Assembly (NCBI GenBank): GCA_042850255.1
Contig: AP031373.1
Coordinates: 540,001-572,000, forward strand
DNA: 32,000 nucleotides
DNA from: Nanobdellota archaeon
Lineage (GTDB): Archaea > Nanobdellota > Nanobdellia > Nanobdellales > Nanobdellaceae
Direction: 5' to 3'
Part shown: positions 1 to 8,400 of the stretch, in pieces
How the letters are laid out: every line of letters begins with the position of its first letter
How positions within the stretch are numbered: the first letter of the stretch is position 1
Position numbers and translations under genes: made by a program
Notes under the pieces: generated by a model
The model's input: only the letters and a program-made list of their open reading frames with translations
Told to the model about the DNA's origin: nothing
The model's database searches: none

Positions 1-243
1 AAATTTCATCATACAATCCTTACAGGCATTTATTTTTATATTCAATTTATTTAAATCTTGTAAATGTTTATTTATTACTAATTTATATATCTCATTTTCT
101 TTATTTAACATTTTTATACCTTCTAAAGTAAAACATACTTTTATATCCTCTGCTCCACTCATTTTTAATGCTTTTGAAAATTCTATAACTTTTTCTAATA
201 ATTCTTTATCTTCTTTTGTAATTAAAATTATATATTTTGCCAT
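1..243 (-). CDS. DsrE/DsrF-like small protein (COG2044-like); N-terminal 81 codons, C-terminus lies beyond the window edge
   Basis: Not in the ORF track because it runs off the window. I translated the reverse complement by hand: ATG at 243..241, then MAKYIILITKEDKELLEKVIEFSKALKMSGAEDIKVCFTLEGIKMLNKENEIYKLVINKHLQDLNKLNIKINACKDCMMKF with no stop. The strand-helix-strand layout and late Cys-containing segment resemble DsrE-family proteins. Confidence 0.5.
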   Translation of the reverse strand, partial: MAKYIILITKEDKELLEKVIEFSKALKMSGAEDIKVCFTLEGIKMLNKENEIYKLVINKHLQDLNKLNIKINACKDCMMKF

Positions 244-340
244 ATTTTTTATATATTTTCCTTTATTTAAATCAATTTTTATATCTATAACCTACTTATT
301 TCTTAAATTTTATATATTTCAAGATATTTTTATCTATAGA

Positions 341-1582
341 ATGGAATATATCAGTGTGATATTGATATTTATATTTAGTATATTGGCAGGATTTATAGGA
401 TCTCTGACTGGTTTAGGTGGGGGAACTATATTAACTCCTTTATTAACAATATTTCTAAATTTCCCATTAATATATTCAATGGGTTTATCTTTATTATCAA
501 CAATTTCTACTTCAATTTCTTCTTCTGTATCATATATTAAGGAAAAAATAGCGAACGATAATATTGCTATAAGTTTGTTAACTGCCACCACACTAGGTGC
601 AATAATTGGATCTTTAACAAATAATTTTTTATATTCTCACCATCTATTTTTTATAGTATATATAATATTTGGAATAGTATTAATAGCATCTTCATTGTTT
701 TTAATAATAAAGAATTTAAAGAAAGAATATGAACCATCAAAACCTGATAAAACAACATTTATTTTTAACTTATTTGGAAAATATAAAGAAAAGGATAAAA
801 TAATATATTATGATGGGACAAAGTTTCAATTTGGTTGGATAATAATGTTTTTTGCTGGTTTTATTTCTGGATTATTAGGAATAGGTTCTGGAATTTTAAA
901 AGTCTTAGGAATGGACTTAATAATGAATTTACCAATTAAAGTTAGTACAACCACTAGTAATTTTATGATTGGTGTTACTGCAGATACATCTTCTGTTTTA
1001 TACTATAAATTTGGATATATATTATTTTCTCTCATTCCTTTTACTATATTAGGAGTTTTAATTGGAGCAAGAATTGGTACTAGATTATTATTAAAGCTAA
1101 ATGATAGAGTAATAAGGACAATATTTGTTTTCTTTGTATCTTATTTAGGTTTTAAAATGATGTTTGATGGTTTAAAAATTGATGGATATGCATTACCTGT
1201 AGTATTATCATTTGTAATTGTAATTATTTCTTATATATTATCTAAAATAAAGATTAGAGAAAGTAAAGAAAAAATTGATATTAGTAAATATGTAATTGAA
1301 AATAAAAATTATGAAAGATATTCTTTACTATTAAATAATTTTGAAAGATATTCTTTTTATATATTAATAATATTATGTATAATATCAATAATATCTTATA
1401 TATTCTCATTTTATTTAATTGACTATATTTTATATTTATTTTTGATTTTAATACCATTCTCTGAAATAATTATAGAAGAAGTAAAGTTTGCAAAAGAAGA
1501 AAATAAATTGTATACATTATTAGCTTCTATTATTTTAATTAATTTAATGATTGGGATGATATTCTTACCAATTATTCTTTAA
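341..1582 (+). CDS. TauE/SafE (TSUP, DUF81) family anion permease with an extra C-terminal membrane extension of about 110 aa
   Basis: 413-aa ORF. It has the duplicated 4-TM architecture with glycine-rich motifs GSLTGLGGGTILTPLL and GLLGIGSGILKV typical of TSUP/TauE. Two or three additional hydrophobic helices follow residue ~300. Confidence 0.8.
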   Translation: MEYISVILIFIFSILAGFIGSLTGLGGGTILTPLLTIFLNFPLIYSMGLSLLSTISTSISSSVSYIKEKIANDNIAISLLTATTLGAIIGSLTNNFLYSHHLFFIVYIIFGIVLIASSLFLIIKNLKKEYEPSKPDKTTFIFNLFGKYKEKDKIIYYDGTKFQFGWIIMFFAGFISGLLGIGSGILKVLGMDLIMNLPIKVSTTTSNFMIGVTADTSSVLYYKFGYILFSLIPFTILGVLIGARIGTRLLLKLNDRVIRTIFVFFVSYLGFKMMFDGLKIDGYALPVVLSFVIVIISYILSKIKIRESKEKIDISKYVIENKNYERYSLLLNNFERYSFYILIILCIISIISYIFSFYLIDYILYLFLILIPFSEIIIEEVKFAKEENKLYTLLASIILINLMIGMIFLPIIL

Positions 1583-2294
1583 TTGTATAATATAGTCTTT
1601 TTCTATTTTTTCCTTTATTTTCTATTTTTAATAATTCTATTTTTCCAATTTCTTTTGTATTTGAAACATGTGGTCCTCCATCAGCTTGTATATCTATTCC
1701 TTCTATTTCTACAATTCTCCAAGTATCTATATCTGGAGGTGATTTTTCCATTAATTTAACTATTCCAGGTATCTTTAATGCTTCTTCTTTTTTTAGAAAA
1801 TATATCTTTACAGGTATTCCTTTTTTAATAATTTCATTTGCTTCATTTATTATTTCTTCAAATGCTTTCTTTAATTCATCTCCAGATAAATTTATATCAT
1901 AATCATCTTTGGCATATTCTGGAGTTATGTCTCCTCCAGTAATTAATGCATTATATTTTTTATATGCAATTGCAGCTAATATATGTGCTGCAGTATGTAA
2001 TTTCATTAATTTATACCTTCTATTCCAATCTATTATTCCATGAATATTATCTCCTTCTTTAAATTTTGGTTCTTTATCTAGAATATGTATAGCATCTTCC
2101 CCATCTTTTATTACTTCTAAAACATTATATTCTTCATTATTGAATATAATTTTTCCAGTATCATTTGCAACACCTCCTGATCTAGGGTGAAATAATGTTT
2201 GATCCAATATTACTTTATTTCCATCTATTTTAACTACTTTTGCATCAAATTCTTTTTTATAACAATCATACCAATACAAAAATTTTGTAACCAT
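1572..2294 (-). CDS. alaX: AlaX-type alanyl-tRNA editing protein (AlaRS/ThrRS second additional domain family)
   Basis: Contains the HTAAHIL (HxxxH) motif, the GGPHVSNTKEIG tRNA_SAD-type motif, and an N-terminal FLYWYDCY...TLFHP segment typical of AlaX-M. I chose the internal ATG at 2294 (MVTKFLYW) rather than 2345, which would overlap the divergent gene start at 2332. Confidence 0.8.
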   Translation of the reverse strand: MVTKFLYWYDCYKKEFDAKVVKIDGNKVILDQTLFHPRSGGVANDTGKIIFNNEEYNVLEVIKDGEDAIHILDKEPKFKEGDNIHGIIDWNRRYKLMKLHTAAHILAAIAYKKYNALITGGDITPEYAKDDYDINLSGDELKKAFEEIINEANEIIKKGIPVKIYFLKKEEALKIPGIVKLMEKSPPDIDTWRIVEIEGIDIQADGGPHVSNTKEIGKIELLKIENKGKNRKRLYYTIKE

Positions 2295-2331
2295 TTCTAT
2301 AATTTTTAAAAATTCTTTATAAATATTTATT
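2295..2331. promoter_or_regulatory. 37-bp divergent promoter spacer between alaX and the KaiC-like gene
   Basis: The sequence TTCTATAATTTTTAAAAATTCTTTATAAATATTTATT holds two TATA-like boxes. Each lies about 20-30 bp upstream of the opposing ATG, implying leaderless or near-leaderless transcripts. Confidence 0.4.
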
Positions 2332-3186
2332 ATGGCAATATACAAAGTTAGAACATATATACCTGGAGTAGATGAAATATTATATGGAGGAATTCCAGAT
2401 AGATCTGTAGTTTTATTAAGTGGAGGACCTGGTACAGGAAAATCTATATTTGGAAAACAATTTTTATATAATGGATTAGTTAATGGAGAAAATGGCGTAT
2501 TTGTTGCATTGGAAGAACATCCAGTTGCAGTAAGAAAAAGTTTCCAAAACTTTGGATGGGATATTAATAATTATGAAAAAGAAGGAAAATTCTCTATTGT
2601 AGATGCATTTACCGGAGGATATGGAACTGCAGCACAAAGGGAGAAATATATAGTAAAGGATATAGATAATGTAATGGAATTAAGTGATGTATTAAGGCAA
2701 GCTATAAAAGAGACTGATGCTAAGAGAGTAGTAGTAGATTCTGTAAGTACATTATATTTAACAAAACCAGCTTTAGCTAGAAATACTATAATGACATTAA
2801 AGAGAATAATATCAGGTCTAGGTTGTACTGCAATATTTGTTTCTCAAATTTCTGTAGGAGAAAGAGGATTTGGAGGTCCAGGTGTAGAACATGCAGTAGA
2901 TGGAATAATAAGAATGGATTTAGATGAAGTAGATGGAAAATTATATAGATCTATAATTGTTTGGAAAATGAGGGATACGAAACATAGTATGGTAAGACAT
3001 CCAATGGAAATTAATAATAATGGTATAAATGTCCTTTGGGATAAATATATAAAGATTGGAATTAATAATGTAAAAATTGATAATTTACCAGAAAATGAAA
3101 TTGAGGAAATGAAGAAAGCAGTAGAAGAAAGTGAGAAGGTACAGGAAAAGTTACATAAAAGGATAGAATATTACGAAGAAGAATAA
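2332..3186 (+). CDS. Single-domain KaiC-like / RecA-superfamily ATPase (COG0467 type)
   Basis: Walker A is [10 protein letters not shown] and Walker B is [10 protein letters not shown]. The N-terminal [11 protein letters not shown] motif is typical of KaiC/RadB-like proteins. The tail is acidic (YYEEE). Confidence 0.85.
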   Translation: MAIYKVRTYIPGVDEILYGGIPDRSVVLLSGGPGTGKSIFGKQFLYNGLVNGENGVFVALEEHPVAVRKSFQNFGWDINNYEKEGKFSIVDAFTGGYGTAAQREKYIVKDIDNVMELSDVLRQAIKETDAKRVVVDSVSTLYLTKPALARNTIMTLKRIISGLGCTAIFVSQISVGERGFGGPGVEHAVDGIIRMDLDEVDGKLYRSIIVWKMRDTKHSMVRHPMEINNNGINVLWDKYIKIGINNVKIDNLPENEIEEMKKAVEESEKVQEKLHKRIEYYEEE

Positions 3187-3187
3187 A

Positions 3188-3610
3188 ATGGAGGTACCAT
3201 TAAAACCTTTAGGAAAAGAAGATATAAGAAAATTAGAAAGTGCATTATTAATATTATCATTATTTGATCCAGAAACTTTGGAAAATATAAAAAATCCTGA
3301 AAATAGATTAACATGGTTAGATTCTCTATATATTGCTGCTGCTGCATTAGCTAGAGAAAAAGCTGGAATTCCTATTACTCAAATGGCAGAAGAATTAGGA
3401 GTAACTGAGATGACACTAAGAAAGCATTTAAAAGGGGAAACTAAGGCTGGACAATTAGTATTGAAAGAATATGAAAAATTATCAAAAGAAGGATTTAAAT
3501 TAGAATTACCCAAAGAAATATCTGAAGAATATAATAAAGAGATTAATGATTTAAAAAATAAATTAGAATTAGTTAAAAATACATTAAAAGATTTATTAAG
3601 CAAATTATAA
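3188..3610 (+). CDS. Small helix-turn-helix protein with a C-terminal coiled coil, translationally coupled to the KaiC-like ATPase
   Basis: 140-aa ORF starting 1 nt after the upstream stop. ITQMAEELGVTEMTLRKHLKG reads as an HTH. The C-terminal third is heptad-like (NDLKNKLELVKNTLKDLLSKL). Confidence 0.65.
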   Translation: MEVPLKPLGKEDIRKLESALLILSLFDPETLENIKNPENRLTWLDSLYIAAAALAREKAGIPITQMAEELGVTEMTLRKHLKGETKAGQLVLKEYEKLSKEGFKLELPKEISEEYNKEINDLKNKLELVKNTLKDLLSKL

Positions 3611-4255
3611 AAAATCTGCAATATTTTTTTGTTTTCCAGATTTTATTTTTTTAATAGTAAACCAAGATTCTCTTATATAATCTTTTAGTTTATCATAATC
3701 TTCCTTTATTGCTTTAATAGTTCTTTCATCAGATGGATATCCAGAACCAAAATCTATATTTAATTTTTCTTTTATTTTATCAATTTCCCAATCTCTATTT
3801 ACTTTTGCAATAATAGAAGCTGCAGATACTACTGGATAATTTTTATCTGCTTTATTTTCTGCAACTATTTCTATATTTTCATTTAAATTATTTTTAAAAT
3901 ATTCTACTACTTTCTTAGTATCTCTTAAAGGAGAATCTATTATTACCTTATCTGGTTTAATATCTTTTATTATTTTTATCATATTTTCAAATTCTAAATA
4001 ATTTAATTTATTTTTATAAACATAATAATCTATTGTTTTTGGATCAATAATTATATATTTATACTTATCTGATATTTCTATTATTTTTTTATATATATCT
4101 TCTCTTTCTTTTCTTGTTAACTCTTTAGAATCTTTTACTCCTGTATCTATTAATTTATCCATTTTTTCTTCTTTAATACAATAACCAGCTATAACCATTG
4201 GTCCGATAACAGGACCTCTTCCTGCTTCATCAATTCCTAAAATTAATTTTCCCAT
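3605..4255 (-). CDS. rnhB: Ribonuclease HII
   Basis: Has the GIDEAGRGPVIGPMV catalytic motif and the SAASIIAKV motif. Length is 216 aa. Confidence 0.92.
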   Translation of the reverse strand: MGKLILGIDEAGRGPVIGPMVIAGYCIKEEKMDKLIDTGVKDSKELTRKEREDIYKKIIEISDKYKYIIIDPKTIDYYVYKNKLNYLEFENMIKIIKDIKPDKVIIDSPLRDTKKVVEYFKNNLNENIEIVAENKADKNYPVVSAASIIAKVNRDWEIDKIKEKLNIDFGSGYPSDERTIKAIKEDYDKLKDYIRESWFTIKKIKSGKQKNIADFL

Positions 4256-4337
4256 TTATATAGATAAATTTAAAGAAAAGGTTATTAAAAGGAAATTTTA
4301 TGACAATTCTTTAAAAATATATAACTAACTTATATGA

Positions 4338-5597
4338 ATGGTAAATGAATCTAATTTAAATCTATATGAAGAACAAGTTAAGAAATTATATAAAGTAGGA
4401 GAAATAATAGGATTAGATAAAGATATATTAGAGGATCTATCAAAACCAGAAAGGGTAATACAAGTTAAAATAAATATTAAAGGATCTGATGGTAAATTGA
4501 AAACATTTTTAGGGTGGAGAGTACAACATAATAGCGCATTAGGACCTTATAAAGGTGGAATTAGATATCATCCGAATGTTACTCAAGATGAAGTAACAGC
4601 TTTAGCAATGATTATGACATGGAAAAATTCATTATTATCGTTACCTTTTGGAGGTGGAAAAGGGGGAATTAAAGTTAATCCAAAGGAATTGACTAAACAA
4701 GAATTAGAAGAGTTATCTAGAAAATTTATTCAAGCTATATATAAATATTTAGGTAGCGATTTAGATATTCCTGCTCCAGATGTAAATACAGATTCTCAGA
4801 TTATGTCTTGGTATCTAGATGAATATAATAAAATAACTGGGGAAATTGATTTTGCAGTTTTTACTGGAAAACCTATAGAATTATGGGGATTAGATATAAG
4901 AAATTACAGTACAGGATTAGGAGTTGCTGTAATAACAAAAAAAGCTGCAGAAAAATTCTTAGGTAATATAGAAGGAGAGAAAATAATAATTCAAGGATTT
5001 GGAAATGTTGGATATTATACTGCAAAATTTTTAGAAGAAATGGGTGCTAATATAATAGGTATTAGTGATTCTAAAGGAGGTGTTATTAATGAAAATGGGA
5101 TAAATATTGAAAAAGCTAAAGAGATAAAAGAAAAAACAGGAAGTGTAATAAATTATCCTGAAGGAAGAAAAGTTACAAATGAAGAATTATTGATATCTAA
5201 TTGTGATATTTTAATACCTGCAGCATTAGAAAATGTTATAAATGGATCAAATGCTAATAATATCAAAGCTAAAATAATTGTAGAAGCTGCAAATGGTCCA
5301 TTAACATCAGAAGCAGATTTTATAGTTAAAAATAAAGGAATAGTAGTTGTCCCAGATATATTAGCCAATGCCGGAGGGGTTGTTGGTAGTTATGTAGAAT
5401 GGGTTAATAATAAAATGGGAGAGATATTAACAGAAGAAGAAGCTAAGAAAATGATAATCGATAAAATGGAGAAAGCATTTAATGATTTGTATAACTATTA
5501 TAGTAATAAATTATCAGATTACGATTTAAGAACTGCTGCTATGGCATTAGCAATAGATAAAGTAGTAAAAGCTATGAAAATTAGAGGAGTACTATAA
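4338..5597 (+). CDS. gdhA: Glutamate dehydrogenase
   Basis: Contains [16 protein letters not shown] (catalytic Lys region) and the GFGNVG dinucleotide-binding motif. Length is 419 aa. Confidence 0.93.
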   Translation: MVNESNLNLYEEQVKKLYKVGEIIGLDKDILEDLSKPERVIQVKINIKGSDGKLKTFLGWRVQHNSALGPYKGGIRYHPNVTQDEVTALAMIMTWKNSLLSLPFGGGKGGIKVNPKELTKQELEELSRKFIQAIYKYLGSDLDIPAPDVNTDSQIMSWYLDEYNKITGEIDFAVFTGKPIELWGLDIRNYSTGLGVAVITKKAAEKFLGNIEGEKIIIQGFGNVGYYTAKFLEEMGANIIGISDSKGGVINENGINIEKAKEIKEKTGSVINYPEGRKVTNEELLISNCDILIPAALENVINGSNANNIKAKIIVEAANGPLTSEADFIVKNKGIVVVPDILANAGGVVGSYVEWVNNKMGEILTEEEAKKMIIDKMEKAFNDLYNYYSNKLSDYDLRTAAMALAIDKVVKAMKIRGVL

Positions 5598-5617
5598 ATC
5601 TCATATAAATATCTATC

Positions 5618-5663
5618 TATATTTTTGTGCAATACACTGCACATTTTTATATATTTTTGTGCA
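5618..5663 (+). promoter_or_regulatory. Duplicated TATATTTTTGTGCA motif plus a TGTGCA-N6-TGCACA inverted repeat; candidate promoter or operator
   Basis: Exact 14-mer TATATTTTTGTGCA at 5618..5631 and 5650..5663 (32-bp period). TGTGCA (5626..5631) and TGCACA (5638..5643) form an inverted repeat. The second copy sits ~20-25 bp upstream of the ATG at 5676. Confidence 0.45.
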
Positions 5664-5675
5664 GTATAATATAAT

Positions 5676-6931
5676 ATGATAAAAGAAATATTGTTAAGAC
5701 AAAAGATAGAAATAGAAAATATTATTCACAAAAAATTTGTTGAAAGAGAAAATATAAAAAAATAAAGCCTTTTTTAGATAAAAAAATAATAAAGGTAATA
5801 ACTAGACCAAGAAGAAGTGGGAAATCATTTTTAGGAATAAATTTAATAAAAGATAAAAAATATGCATATGTAAATTTTGATGATGAAGTTCTAATTAATG
5901 TAAAAAATTATGGAGAAATAATAAAGAATTTACATGAAATATATGGAGATTTTAATATAGTATTATTTGATGAAATACAAAATCTAGATAGATGGGAGTT
6001 ATTTGTTAACAGATTACAAAGAGAAGATTATAATTTAATTATTACAGGATCAAATGATAAATTATTATCAAAAGAGTTATCTACACATTTAACTGGTAGA
6101 TATATAGAAATAAAAAATTTTCCATTTAGCTTTAGAGAATTTTTAAAAGCAAAGGAATATAAAATAAATAGAGAAGAATTGGAAGTTAGAGAATATAGGG
6201 GAAAATTATTAAACTTATTATATGAGTACATAAAAATTGGAGGATTTCCAGAAGTATTAATAGATAATTTACCTCCAGATAAATATATTAAAACTCTTTT
6301 CGATAATATCATTTTTAATGATATAGTTAGAAGATTTAGAATAAAATATTCATCTAAAATTTATGAATTGGCAAGATATATAATATCTAATATCTCAACT
6401 TTACAAAGTTTTAGAAAAATAAAGGATTCTTTAATGTTTAATAGTGTACATACTGTAGAAAATTATATAGAATATTTAAAAGAGGCTTATTTAATATTTA
6501 CTTTGGATAATTTTTCCTTTAAACTAAAAGAACAAATTAGATCAAAGAAGAAAATATATTCTATAGATCTATCATTTCCTAATTATGTTGGATTTAAATT
6601 TATAGAAAATATTGGTAGATTGATAGAGAATCTGGTAGCAATAGAATTATTAAGAAGGGAAAAGGAAATATATTACTTTTCTGGTAAAAATTTTGAAATA
6701 GATTTTTTAATAAAAGAAGGTAATAAAATTACAAAATTAATTAATGTTAGTTATGTTAATAATTACGATGAAATAGATAAAAGAGAAATAAAATCTCTAT
6801 CGAAAGCATATGAATTATTAAAAAATTATAATCCAGAATTAATAATAATAACTTGGGATTATGAAGATGAGAAAAATATAGAAAATAGAATAATAAAATT
6901 TATACCGTTATGGAAATTTTTATTGTTTTGA
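5676..6931 (+). pseudogene. COG1373-type AAA ATPase (AAA_14 plus DUF4143 nuclease-like C-terminus) interrupted by a -1 frame change at an A7 tract
   Basis: ATG at 5676 gives MIKEILLRQKIEIENIIHKKFVERENIKK, then TAA at 5763. The -1 frame is open from 5744 to 6931 and continues IKPFLDKKIIKVITRPRRSGKSF (P-loop), VLFDEIQ (Walker B), GGFPEV and FEIDFLIKEG. I checked the frame codon by codon. The ORF track reports only the 6179..6931 part because no ATG/GTG/TTG occurs earlier in that frame. Confidence 0.75.
5756..5765 (+). other. A7 homopolymer followed by in-frame TAA: the frameshift site of the ATPase gene
   Basis: In the zero frame the sequence reads AT-A AAA AAA TAA. Slipping back one nt, or adding one A, reads ATA AAG CCT and joins the two halves as ...ENIKK-IKPFLDKK... 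Confidence 0.7.
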
Positions 6932-7933
6932 TTTCCAAACTTTTGGATATAAATCTCTTTCCATAAAAACTCTTTCAACATCTACAGCAATACCTTGTTC
7001 AGATTCTAAAATCTTATTTGAATCCATTAGAGCATTTCCTATTGCCACTAATTCACCTTTTAATGTAAATATAGCAACTAAATCTCCTTCTTTTATATTA
7101 GAATACAATTTTGATATACCTTTGACAGTTAAATTTGCTCCATATGCTATGGCATTTACTGATGTATCTGTTATCCATATTTTCTTTAAATGGTCTGCAG
7201 CAACTTCTGCAGGTAAAAATACTTTTCTTATATACTTTTCATTATTTTCGTTTTTCCAAAACCATATAGAATCTACAACATCTTGTAAAGTTACTAATGG
7301 ATATTTTTCAGAATCTTCTTTTAATTCTCCTACTCTTATCCTTCTCAATTGTTGCATATGGGCTTTTGTTCCCAATGATTTTCCTATATCATCAATTAAT
7401 TTTCTTATATATACTCCAGCTTCTGTAGCTATTTGTAATAACCAATCTCTTCCATCTACCTCTAATACTTTTATACAATAAACATTTTTTTCTCTAGGCA
7501 CCTTTTTTACTGCAGATTTTAATGGTGGTTTCTGTATTATTTTACCTTCAAATTTTTTTAATACTTCATATACTTTATTTTCATCTATATCACTATGTAT
7601 ATGCATCCATGCAATATATTCTTTTCCAGCAGTTAACAATAATTTTAGTACTTTTGTTCCTTTCCCAATCCCTATTGGTAATACTCCGGTAACTTTTGGA
7701 TCTAAAGTTCCAGAATGACCAGCTTTCATTCCTAAAATATTTTTTATCCATCCAGATACTTGATGAGAAGTAGGACCTTTTGGTTTATCTAAATTTATTA
7801 TAGAAAAGTTAATTAATTTATTTATCGGTCTATTCCATGGATAATATCCATATTTATCATCAGTCTCGCTTTCTTTTTTAACTAGTATTTCATATTTTTC
7901 ATTTTCATATGGTAATTTGCAATATTCTACCAT
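6920..7933 (-). CDS. cbf5: Cbf5, the pseudouridine synthase catalytic subunit of the H/ACA RNP (TruB family with PUA domain)
   Basis: Contains GHSGTLDPKVTGVLPIGIG with the catalytic Asp, the KEY motif, and a C-terminal PUA-like segment (GDLVAIFTLKGELVAIG). Length is 337 aa. Confidence 0.92.
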   Translation of the reverse strand: MVEYCKLPYENEKYEILVKKESETDDKYGYYPWNRPINKLINFSIINLDKPKGPTSHQVSGWIKNILGMKAGHSGTLDPKVTGVLPIGIGKGTKVLKLLLTAGKEYIAWMHIHSDIDENKVYEVLKKFEGKIIQKPPLKSAVKKVPREKNVYCIKVLEVDGRDWLLQIATEAGVYIRKLIDDIGKSLGTKAHMQQLRRIRVGELKEDSEKYPLVTLQDVVDSIWFWKNENNEKYIRKVFLPAEVAADHLKKIWITDTSVNAIAYGANLTVKGISKLYSNIKEGDLVAIFTLKGELVAIGNALMDSNKILESEQGIAVDVERVFMERDLYPKVWKSKQ

Positions 7934-8036
7934 TCTTTTAATATTTTTGTAAAAGCTATATAAATACGCTTTTAGAATTTATAAATTATAATTTATAAAT
8001 ATCACTATTTGCTACTAACAACGGAACCTATTATTT

Positions 8037-8306
8037 TCTAATATGAGGATATAATAGGTACGACATTTATAAATAAATTAAAGTTATAAGACATACTAAT
8101 TTCTTTATAAACATTTTCAGGAAGTTTTATATAATTAATATATAAATTTTTCATATCATAAATCTAATATATTATCTAATAGGTACGACATTTTTATTTA
8201 TAAATAAACATACAAGAAAATTTCGATATATTAGGATAACTGTTTAGTAAATATTTTATTTAAAGTCGTATAATCTAAAATTTTTTTACGATATATTAGA
8301 TATAAC
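8037..8306. repeat. Cluster of dispersed short repeats inside the 467-bp cbf5-upstream spacer
   Basis: Exact 17-mer TAATAGGTACGACATTT at 8052..8068 and 8177..8193. Imperfect inverted copy AAAGTCGTATAAT at 8262..8274. Exact 11-mer CGATATATTAG at 8224..8234 and 8289..8299, with a related ATATGAGGATATAA at 8041..8054. Confidence 0.8.
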
Positions 8307-8400
8307 AAATTCTATTTATAAATTTTATAGAAAAGTTTAAATATCAAATATATAAATTTTTCCAATATAATATATAAATTCCAAAGAATTATATAGTTTA

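Noticed and set aside
334-591. 85-aa ORF on the minus strand
   Set aside because: Lies entirely antisense to the well-supported TauE-like gene. Low-complexity shadow frame.
2295-2345. Longer alaX start at 2345 ([17 protein letters not shown]...)
   Set aside because: It would overlap the divergent KaiC-like start codon and adds 17 residues with no counterpart in AlaX proteins. The ATG at 2294 begins directly at the conserved N-terminus. The longer start is not excluded.
3379-3621. 80-aa ORF on the minus strand
   Set aside because: Antisense to the HTH-protein gene. Composition is typical of a shadow ORF.
5153-5368. 71-aa ORF on the minus strand
   Set aside because: Antisense inside gdhA, which has unambiguous motifs.
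6028-6312. 94-aa ORF on the minus strand
   Set aside because: Antisense to the COG1373-type ATPase frame, which reads as a coherent homologous protein across this interval.
7122-7481. 119-aa ORF on the plus strand
   Set aside because: Antisense inside cbf5.
8052-8193. Possible CRISPR array or MITE formed by the 17-mer repeats
   Set aside because: There are only two copies, 125 bp apart, the repeat is too short, and there is no regular repeat-spacer periodicity. No terminal inverted repeats or target-site duplication are visible.
8031-8193. Two minus-strand 11-codon mini-ORFs starting inside each 17-mer (MSYLLYPHIRK and MSYLLDNILDL)
   Set aside because: The shared MSYLL is simply the repeat read in one frame. 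The ORFs are tiny, diverge immediately, and have no evident promoter spacing. I note this as a curiosity only.
7934-8400. H/ACA or C/D box guide RNA next to cbf5
   Set aside because: I found no RUGAUGA/CUGA box pair on either strand, no ACA-terminated hairpin, and no GC-rich stem region such as a structured RNA of this organism (compare the tRNA) would be expected to show.
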